Source: Paraspadella gotoi
Lineage: Eukaryota; Animalia; Chaetognatha
Assembly (NCBI GenBank): GCA_051294375.1
Contig: CM119265.1
Span: 778,089 to 842,088 of the forward strand
Direction of reading: 5' to 3'
Length of the DNA: 64,000 nt
In this document: positions 26,066 through 35,243 of the stretch, in pieces
Position numbering within the stretch: the first letter of the stretch is position 1
Layout of the letters: the number at the start of each line of letters is the position of its first letter
The notes under the pieces: generated by a model
What the model saw: the letters and a program-made list of their open reading frames with translations, nothing else
What the model was told of the DNA's origin: nothing
Databases searched by the model: none
Program-made: the position numbers and the translations under genes

Positions 26066-29000
26066 ATGCGTTTGTCTCAAATCTTTGTCTGTTTATTGTG
26101 GGCGTGTCTCCTGAGCATCGCATCGTCGAAAGACGTCGTCGTCCCTTTTCAAGGTGAAGCGACCTCACCTGTGCCATTTCTGCGGAAAATCGACAACAAC
26201 AACAACGAAACAGATACTTACTCCGTTTTCCCAACCGTCTCTTACAAGACCAACTTCGGGGGATCTAATTATGACGTGGTCATATTCAGCGCAAATCCTG
26301 ATCCCAACCTCCAAGGCGACAAAGTTGATTGCGGAAAGAATTACACGATTAATGAAAAGAATATCTGCTCTGGAATGACCAGGCAGATCAAACCGTCAAA
26401 TGTGATAGAAGTAGTTGGAGTAAAATGGATCAATTTCAATTTAGACTTGTCCTTCACGAAGCTAAATCCACGCTGTATTGCAAAACGCCAGAGGGATTCG
26501 TGGCACCCCCTGGCGGAGAATCTCTCACCTTCACAGTGATTGACCTGAATCTGCAAAGTTGGTGGTGAAGAATGGGGCTGATCGATTGCCTGGCGTAGAT
26601 GAAGGACAAGAGTTAAAGGCCGCTTGCTTGCTGACAAAAATCTCAAGGCAATGGGGACGTGCCTCTCAAAATACAAATGTCTACAGTTCAAAGTAACATT
26701 GTATAAGATCATTAATCTAGAGAAACCCAAGTTTTTGATTTTTAAAAATTATTAGATTTTTAAATAATATTAGCTTCTATAAAATATGCATTAAATATGC
26801 AATATACTTTGTAGTATGAAAATTTGCAAAATTACTTGTTTTACTGTTTTCTATTTTTATAATATTAATGTTCAAGGCTTTAATATTTAATCTATGAAAT
26901 TGGTACAACCAATATAAAAATTATCCATTCATTTAATAAATAGGCTATCTTGCCTCTGACTTCACTCTTACAAGATAATGACATAGCAGGTCCCTGCAAG
27001 CTTTCAATCAAGACTCTTTCACAGTCTCGTTTATTCACTCCCAGAGTTCCTGGCTTCCCTATCAATGAAGTGGTATAATGTTTCAAAGAATGTTTCAATT
27101 GTATGAAAAGACCGGGGAATACTTTATTGTACTCCGCCCAGCAGATACGTCTATGGTGGACGAAAATCCACCAACCGTTCATCAGCGGCCATTGGTGCTG
27201 GAGGCAAGTCATTCGCCTCTCAACCCAAAGGTCCGGGGTTCTAGCCCGGTGGTCGCCTATCAGTTAAGAGGGACGGGGCGCTTAACCCGCCTGTAACATG
27301 GTGTTACAGCCTGATCCAAAGCTCAGGGACTGCTTATATTGAACGGTTCTGTCACTAACGCATAACAATAATTACTGTCTCTTCATTGGTGAGCCCGACT
27401 TCCGAACACAACAGCAACAACACTTTCAGGCGACAGGCCTCAACCTGGCGATGCACTTTCCGCCAACAACTCATCAGGCGACAAGCCTCAACTTGGTGAC
27501 GCACTTTCCACCAACAACAATTCACTGAAGAGACGCAACAGATTTCTCCCTACGGGAGAGGGGGATGTATGGTGGACAAAAATCTACCAACCGTTCATCA
27601 GCGGCCATTGGTGCCGGAGGCAAGTCATTCGCCTCCCAACCCAAAGGTCCGGGGTTTTAGCCCGGTGGTCGCCTAGCAGTTAAGAGGGACGGGGCGCTTA
27701 ACCCGCCTGTAACATGGTGTTATAGCCTGATCCGAAGCTCAGGGGCTGCTTATATTGAACAGTTCTGTCACTAACACACAACAATAATTACTGTCTCTTC
27801 ACGTCTTCTCCTTCCCTCAGCGCTGTAGTAGTGTACTGGGCTAACGCTTCATCTCCTAACCCAATTGTCTTGGGTTCTAACCCTGGCCGGAATTGTTCTT
27901 GCAAAGAGAGTGACGGGCCAGTTAAACCACCAGTAGCAAGCCTACCGCCAGATCCAAAGTTCCGGAAAGCAAAGCAACCAGACCCACTAGGCACACTAAG
28001 TGTAAGGGCTCTCCACACTCACAGAGAGGCATTGCAACCCTATCTCCACTCGGACACTTCATGCATATTGTTTTTGTAAATTTTTACTTAGAATTAAATA
28101 TGATATTTCATTATTGGAGGGGGAGTTCAGTGTTGTCTTCTGGAAATAGAGAGAGCATCTATAGATACAACTATACAACAATTATCTTTTACTTTCAGGC
28201 TAAATTTCCTGTTAATTGTACGATTTTAAAAGAATCGTCTAAGGGTAAATGAATTGTTTTTTTATAATAACATGATTGAATAAATAAAATATATAAAATA
28301 AAACATTTATGTTAACGCTGATGAAAGCTTGCAAGCAAAGCCGAAACATGTCTGTTTTATGCTAATAAAATCTAATCGTTGTCACACTCCAAATCAAACT
28401 TTCTTTAACTACTTCAAACAACGAAAAAGAAAGGATTTATATCACAATATAAATTTCATATATTCAAAAGATTCATATTACAAATGGGAAAAAAGAGTAT
28501 TATAAGTTGATTTCTTTACTTAAAAACTGATTAAACATTCCTTTTAGATGCAACTGTCTTTTATGATCTGCCCATTGCGAGATCCTCTTCCAGTGAGGTA
28601 CAGCTTAAAGGGGTCATCCTCGATAAAAAATTTCGCAATCTCAAATGTATTGTTGGGCCAGAAGAAAAGTAAGTTGTAAGTGTATTATAATTTCCTTCAT
28701 TACAAAGATAATTTTCTTCTATATTAAGAGTTTTATTTTTTTTATTAAGACCTTGGAAAGTCATCGAGTCCAACAAGCTACAAGTTCGCTACAAACCGTA
28801 CAATCTGAAATCAAATCGGGACAACCCGTTAAAGATTTCATCTGCTGACGGAAATGCAAAGAATGAATCATTCACCTGCTCTGCATTTTTGGGAAATCCA
28901 ACTACGATGAATTGGACTGTGGAGGCAGAAGTTGATGGGAAGCTGAGGCCGGACATCGTTCGGATGATCGGGGAGAAAATAGGCAGAGTGATGTTTGATG

Positions 29001-29589
29001 TCACTGTGGAAAAAGATACAAAGGTAACATGTTAAAGGATAAAAACAATATGATGATAAGATGAGGTTCATTGTCACAGTGGACGAGAATTTGAAAGTAA
29101 GTCTAACTACAAAGTTTTATGATAAGCAATTTAAGCACATAATCTTAAAAATGTCTTAATCCCAAAAAAATTTCATTTTAAAAATATAATCCAGGTACGT
29201 TGTACCGCCCAAAACGTCGTGGGAATTTCACAACTAAATATTTCGGTGGAATTTAGAAAAAATGTAAGTTTCTATCAATCAATAAATCAATCAATCAATC
29301 TATGAATATAATTATCAATTCTATTCAGATAAGCCAAAATAATTTGTAAGAAAACGCTTTAATAAAACAAGTGACAATGCAAATAATTATTTCATAAAAT
29401 CTCTTCTTCTCAACATTATCTCAGGAAACCCTGGTGAACCCAACACCTAATCCATTGAAACCTTGGATTCCAACCATCATCGCTATAATCGTCGCTGTTC
29501 ACGTCTTCATCGGTCTTCTTATTCTCTTGGTTCTTTGTTGTCTTCTCAGTGAAGCCAATAACAGAGAGAAGGAATCTTTAATTAACTGA
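26066..29589 (+). CDS. Ig-superfamily-like type I membrane receptor, paralog B (first coding exon frameshifted: pseudogene or consensus error)
   Basis: Exons 26066-26692, 28548-28668, 28750-29023, 29195-29263, 29425-29589. Exons 2-5 are intact and in phase. Exon 1 has homologous peptides (FSANPDP..KVDC, STLYCKTPEGF, GADRLPGVDEGQEL) in shifting frames. Confidence 0.8.
26896..27103 (+). repeat. Dispersed repeat (other copies ~54016-54272 +, ~37413-37618 -, partial ~36480-36548 -)
   Basis: Shared GAAATTGGTACAACCAATATAAAAATTAT...CTTACAAGATAATGACATAGCAGGTC...TTCACTCCCAGAG. Confidence 0.8.
27152..27801 (+). mobile_element. TRIM-like non-autonomous LTR element, family 1 copy 1, with tRNA-like module in each LTR
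   Basis: LTRs 27152-27385 and 27568-27801 (234 bp each, TA...CA). PBS TGGTGAGCCCGAC 27387-27399. PPT GGGAGAGGGGGA 27554-27565. 4-bp TSD CGTC (27148-27151 / 27802-27805). 182-bp non-coding interior with a ~48-bp tandem duplication. Confidence 0.93.
27185..27257 (+). promoter_or_regulatory. tRNA-derived (Gly-CCC-like) module with A/B-box-like Pol III promoter inside the LTR; not a functional tRNA
   Basis: GCGGCCA(27185-27191)/TGGTCGC(27250-27256) acceptor-like stem at tRNA spacing. TGGTGCTGGAGG A-box-like. CCGGG-GTTCTAG-CCCGG T-arm/B-box-like. TTCGCCTCCCA in other copies resembles the tRNA-Gly(CCC) anticodon region. Anticodon stem does not pair. Confidence 0.75.
28314..28356 (+). ncRNA. Minimal type I hammerhead ribozyme motif (Penelope-like-element style)
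   Basis: AACG-CTGATGA-AA-GCTT(GCAAGCA)AAGC-C-GAAA-CAT-GTC-TGTT: both conserved core boxes, stem II, palindromic ACATGT stem III, 4-bp stem I, AATAAA just downstream. Confidence 0.7.
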
Positions 29590-30560
29590 TATTTCTGTGT
29601 CATTTATGATATCATTCTGCCATATGTGTACATTTCAACGATTACTCTGTATCACTATAGGGTTTGTAACTTAGTTTGCTAAAAGATTTTGTAAATAAAT
29701 ATTTTTTGTTACTCCTATAATTTGTGAATGTGAAAACATCTTAAACTTACTCTCTGACTCTGTAGAGTCTGTATAGATAAAGAAAATTTGTTATTGCTTT
29801 TGTTAAAGGTTATTCGAAAGCCAGAAAATACTAACTACTTAATAATTAGCTTAAGAGGAAGGGTCATTCAGCTTAACTATTTGTATCACAGCTATCAATT
29901 CAAGAAATACATCGTATTCATCAGTAATAAAAAAAAAACCTTTATGGTGGTAGCGGCAGCCGACCAAATTCAAATTTTAATGGGAACAGTATTAAACGAA
30001 TCCATTATTGGTATTAGTTATTGTGTTAAAATATTTTTTTGCAACAATGTTCCGAACCATGAGTAATTTGCTAATTAAAATTATTATTTTGCTATATAAT
30101 GTAAAATTTTTTTTTATATTTTAAGTTTTTTTAATTGATTCTGATAGAGCTCAAAAAGTTAGGCAAAAAATATAATTACAACTTTTTAAAATTTTGATGC
30201 TTTGTCACTAAAAATGAGCAAAAACTACTAAAATTATCGGATGATGATGATGAGGATGATTTTTTTGGGTTTTTCACAATTTTGACCTACTTATCATCAA
30301 AATATTGAGAAAAAAAATTATACTTTGTGTAGACCACTTTTTATAAGCTATCTGAATCTGCTTTTAAAAATAAAAAATGCCAAAAAAAATTTTTGACATT
30401 TCCCATCTATAAATAAATATTAAAAAATTAATTACTAATGCTTCTAGCCATTTTAGAAAATTTTGGTCCATTGAAAGTTTTCTCAGAAATGTATGAAGTT
30501 TCATTTGGGAAGGTTCCCAAATCAAACTTCTGACCTACCCCATTGACAAAGTTTGGCTCT

Positions 30561-31216
30561 AATGGTGGACTAAAAACAACCCACCGTTCATCAGCGGCCA
30601 TTGGTGCCGGAGGCAAGTCATTCGCCTCCCAACCCAAAGGTCCCGGGTTCTAGCCCGGTGGTCGCCTTGCAGTTTAGAGGGACGGGGCGCTTAAACCGCC
30701 TGTAACTCGGTGTTACAGCCTGATCCGAAGCTCAGGGACTGCTTATATTGAACAGTTCTGTCATTATCATTTATCAATAATCACTGTCTCTTCATTGGTG
30801 AGCCCGACTTCTGAACACAACAGCAACAACAACACTTTCAGGCGACATGCCTCAACCTGGCGATGCACTTCCTGCCCACAACACATCAGGCGACATGCCT
30901 CAACTTGGTGACGAAATTTCCACCAACAACAACAATTCACTGAAGAGACGCAACAGACTTCTCCCTACGAGAGGGGGGGATGTATTGTGGACTAAAATCC
31001 ACCAACCGTTCATCAGCGGCCATTGGTGCCGGAGGCAAGTCATTTGCCTCCCAACCCAAAGGTCCGGGGTTCTAGCCCGGTGGTCGCCTAGCAGTTTAGA
31101 GGGACGGGGCGCTTAACCCACCTGTAACTCGGTGTTACAGCCTGATCCGAAGCTCAGGGACTGCTTATATTGAACGGTTCTGTCATTATCATATTTCAAT
31201 AATCACTGTCTCTTCA
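30561..31216 (+). mobile_element. TRIM-like element, family 1 copy 2
   Basis: LTRs ~30561-30794 and 30983-31216. PBS TGGTGAGCCCGAC 30796-30808. PPT ~30969-30980. Collinear with 27152-27801. No clean TSD (CTCT vs CCTT). Confidence 0.9.
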
Positions 31217-33394
31217 CCTTTTTTTATTTATATCATATAAGAAAACATTTCGTTTCAAATAATTTTTTTAATCGGTAAATATCAAAAGTGCCAAGTTGAA
31301 TCGGTAAGCACATTTTTTAGAAAATCTTTTATTGATCTGGTTGTTGAAAAATTGCAGGTAAAAAGTTAAAACACGGAAAACTATCACATTAGTGAATTAT
31401 TAATCTGTAATTATTTTTCTTTTTTATGTATATTGTAACTCAGTCAGCTTATTTTGTATATAGTACTACCCTTATATGATGTCAAAATTTCAAAATAGTT
31501 TTTTAAAATTTTTGAGAACAGATTCAGATTCCTCATAAAAAGTTGATAAAAGAAAATATAAATCTTTTTTTAAATATTATGTCATTAAGTATGTTAAAAC
31601 TATATTTTTAAGCTGAAAATTAAAAGTCGGCATCTTAAATATAGTTTTTTACATTTTTTACCAACTTATTGAAATAATTTTCAAAAAAGAATTATACTTT
31701 CTTTTATCAACTTTTTGCAAGAAATTCAAATGCGTTCTTAAAATTTAAAATTTTCATTTTAAAATTTTAGCTTATTATATACTTATTACTATATATAAAT
31801 ATAGCTTACTGGTGCCCACTAACATATAAAATTAAATTTACCAAAGTATTTTCATTAATTTTTATTTTTATATTTTATATGCTAAATTTTAATTTTATAA
31901 AATTTTATTATTCTCACATCGCTATAGTGTTCATCTGTTGAAGTTTCTTCTTAACTGGAAAATCTTCTTTTGACACAGTACTCTCTCTCTCTCTCTCTCT
32001 CTCTTTGTCTTCCTTTTTCCTCTCTCTCTCGCTCTCTCTCTCTTTTTCTTGCTCTCTCTTTCACCTTGTAAAACCGGATTCGTCATCGAAAATTCGGTGG
32101 AAAAATTCGACCTTGACTGATGAGGAGTTCCTCTCAAATTAATGAGAAGTTGAGAAGGAAAGAATAAAAAATAGGAGGAAGTGGAAGAGGAGGAGGAGGA
32201 AGAGTAAAAGTCATAGGCGGAGGAAGAGGAAGTCGCCACACTAGCATCCATCTATCCATCAAACAAATCATCCATTTATCCATCCATATATTTATCCATA
32301 AAGGACCAGTAGATGGATCTGATAGACCGAATGGTTTGCCTCTCTTGGCTTTTCCGTCTTTTCTTCTGATTGACCTAAAAGATGTAAAAAAAATAAATGA
32401 ATACTTTCTATCAGGGTTGTGGAGCTGGCCATTTTTTCTCCAGCTCCAGCTCCAACTCCAGCTCCGGCCAAAAAAATTTTTCAGCTCCAGCTCTAACTCC
32501 GGCTCCATCCTATATTTTTTTCCAGCTCCAACTCCAGCTCCAGCTCCGATAAAAATTTTGAGACAGCTCCAGCTCCAGCTCCCGCTCCCAGCTCCGACCC
32601 TTTAAAGTGTAATGTTTAATGTTGCTTGTATTTAAATTGGTACCAATTTTATTAATTTACTTATTTATAACTTATTTATTTGCTTATATTTAAATAAATA
32701 TTAATTTTATCAATTCATGTAAGAAACCATTTGATAATTTATTTATTAATAATAATTATGTATTTTTTAATATTTAATGTATGAGAAAATGATTTGTAGA
32801 CAATGAGTATAAAAGAGTATAAGAGAGTAAAAGATAAACATTTATAACTCACATAATTAATAGTTTATTTACTTTTTATAAAATAACATTTATCTAAAAT
32901 TTTAACTTTTACATTTTAAAATATTTTCATTATTTAACAGGATTTTACTTTCTAGTTTGAGGCTCAGTATTTCATGAGTTATGCTGCAATGAATTTTGTC
33001 TCATGTGATCACCTTTTAAGGTGATCATGGGTAGTAGGTTACTTATGCACGTTAAAGGTCTTTATCTTTTCCCTACCTTCCCAGTTACCTTCCTTCCTAG
33101 TATAAACTGACAAATTGATAAAGTTATAAGCCTTTTTAACATAAGTGGTACAGACCAACGGACAGACATAACAACCAACTGACCGACCGACTGACATAAA
33201 AGGCGGCTACAGTTAGAGGAAGGGGAAAGTCTCACTCCCAATGCCAAGGAACCAAGGACAAACCTTAGCCCTCTTGTCTTAAGGCAAGAAGAGGGCAGCC
33301 GGCAGTAACCCAAGGCATTTTTCTAAGAGGATCTTTGCCCAACCCTAATATGACGAGGTCCTTAAGTCTGGGAACTCAAGATCCAAATGACCTA

Positions 33395-33993
33395 TGACAT
33401 TCCAAGGACCCGGTCACATCGTCACTGCCTTTTGGGCTGTAGTCCGTCGCTACAGGTGGGTAAGACCCAAGTCCTTTGGGTTGGAAGGAGCTCGTGCTAT
33501 CTCCGGCGCCATAGGTGCTGCTGATTCTCGGATGAGTAGCGGGGTATAAAATACTACCGCTTCACATCCCCCCCCTAGGCATCACACACCCGCGCAAGTG
33601 TGATGGCGATGATGCACGCGTTGTGCCCGAGCACTCGAGGAGGGGCTGCCTATTTCTGCTCCCGTCTTCACACACAATGGTCGAGGGCAGAAATGTGTTA
33701 ACATGCCAGGGACAGAGGTGTATTAACGTGCCAGCGTGTTTGTGTGGGCTCACCAATGTGGAAAATGATGCCGCGAGCAGTTCACCGTCCATTGCACTCA
33801 AGGTCCCAAACTATGGATCGGGCTGTAGTCAGTAACTTCAGGTGGGTGAGATGCCCGGTCCCGCTTTTACTTGTGTGAATCAGTAAGGCGCGAACCCGAG
33901 ACCTTTGGGTTGGGAGGAGCTCATGCTACCTGCGGCGCCATAGGTGCTGCTGATTCTTGGAAGAGTAGCAGGGTATGAAATACTACCGCTACA
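33395..33993 (-). mobile_element. TRIM-like element, family 2 (related tRNA-like LTR)
   Basis: 5' LTR 33993-33757 (TG...CA). PBS TGGTGAGCCC 33755-33746. G8A PPT 33575-33567. 3' LTR from 33564, internally deleted and diverging at its 3' end. Shares CTCCCAACCCAAAGGTC..GGGTTC and CCCACCTG...TACAGCC with family 1. Confidence 0.8.
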
Positions 33994-34138
33994 TCTTCAC
34001 AATTTATTATTTAAAATGTTAATGTTTGTAAATTTAACAAACTCAACTATCTCTCTTTCACTCTCCCTCACTCTTTTGTACTTATTCTTAACTTGTCCTT
34101 AACCTCCCACTGTTTTTTTATTAATTTTTTGTTGGAAA

Positions 34139-34175
<37 letters not shown>

Positions 34176-34444
34176 CTTTCACACACACAAACCTTATGCT
34201 CTGAAAAAAGTTTTCACAAATCATTTATTAATATTTTGCGCTAATGAAGACTTAGATCTGAAGTCAAAAAATTTTCCTATTTCTCTCTTTCAAAACAAGA
34301 TCGATCCATCCAATGTATTGCGCAGCAGTGACCTTCTTTTCATTTGTTAACTAAGTTTATATTTGTTACCCAATTTAAATCTATATTATTATTTTACATA
34401 TACTTATTCAATATAATTGTAAATGTGTCACTATGAAGCAATTT

Positions 34445-35243
34445 AATACAAGTTTGAGCAAACAATGTCGGATCTGCCCACGATAATTAAGCGGTAATCA
34501 GCTAAATAAATAAATAAATAAATAAATACTAAAGTAGAAATAATTACTAATAAAGTATAAATAATTTTTTTAACTATTATTATTTTTTCCACTTGCATCA
34601 TTCTTTCAGCTTGCAACAATCTTTCAATTTGCATCATTTTTTAAATATGCATAATTTTTTTAACTAGCATTATTTTTTTCAAATTGCATCATTTTTTTAC
34701 TTAATTAATGAGTAAGCATAAATAATAAAAATTCAAGTCGACTTGACTTTGGTTTTTTCTATGCAAACTCATTTCCACTCCTCAATTCCAACGAAACTTT
34801 ATATTCTGCTCAAACACACACTTTCTTAGCCACACAAAAAATTACATCTCATTCTATCCATTCAATTATGAATAAATCGATTAATTATGGATTAAAATTA
34901 TTAAAAAGATTCAAATAAATATGACTTATGTTTTTTCCATTTAAACTTATTTCCACTTGCACGATTCCATCGAAACTTTATATCCCGCTCAATCACACAC
35001 TTTCCTACCCACACTCAAAATTTCCTTCCAATCACGAGTAATTGGAGTTTTTTGCCGACGGACGGACGGACGGACAAAAAGAAAGACGGACGGACGGACG
35101 GACAGTTTTTGTTGCTTAATTTAGCATAATATGATGTTCTGATGTGATAAAAATGATTTACCGACAAGATTTAGGGGTGGGACCGATGGACCGACAAAGT
35201 GAATTATAGAGTCGGAATCAGCTGATAAGCGAATCCAACTAAA
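34445..35243 (-). mobile_element. HINE/DINE-1-like element
   Basis: Subterminal inverted repeat GTCGGATCTGC/GCAGATCCGAC, 5' hairpin + ACTCTATAA, (GTCC)n microsatellite, T-rich flanks. Confidence 0.7.

Larger units (their letters stand above)
27104..28061 (+). mobile_element. Probable solo LTR of a related family (family 3) hosting the family-1 TRIM insertion
   Basis: 27806-27965 carries diverged versions of all conserved LTR blocks (CCTAACCCAATTGTCTTGGGTTCTAACCC; AAGAGAGTGACGGGCC..TTAAACCACCAGTAG; GCCAGATCCAAAG). TGAA...TTCA ends with TGTA/TGCA flanks. Ends tentative. Confidence 0.55.

Noticed and set aside
27185-27257. Functional tRNA-Gly gene
   Set aside because: Anticodon stem does not pair, anticodon varies between copies, and it always sits inside an LTR.
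27205-27335. HDV-like ribozyme suggested by minus-strand GGCGAAT
   Set aside because: No P1/P2/P3 pseudoknot pairing found; the motif is explained by the tRNA-derived TTCGCC.
27440-27485. Minus-strand hammerhead (CTGATGA...GAAA) in the TRIM interior
   Set aside because: Stems II and III do not form properly and the motif is not kept in copy 2.
27152-27801. Two adjacent SINE insertions
   Set aside because: PBS, PPT, a single outer 4-bp TSD and a second collinear copy indicate an LTR element.
32117-32140. Hammerhead at CTGATGAGGAG
   Set aside because: No GAAA box after the putative stem II.
31930-32380. Exons of an additional minus-strand gene
   Set aside because: Some splice-like sites but no recognisable protein or consistent model.
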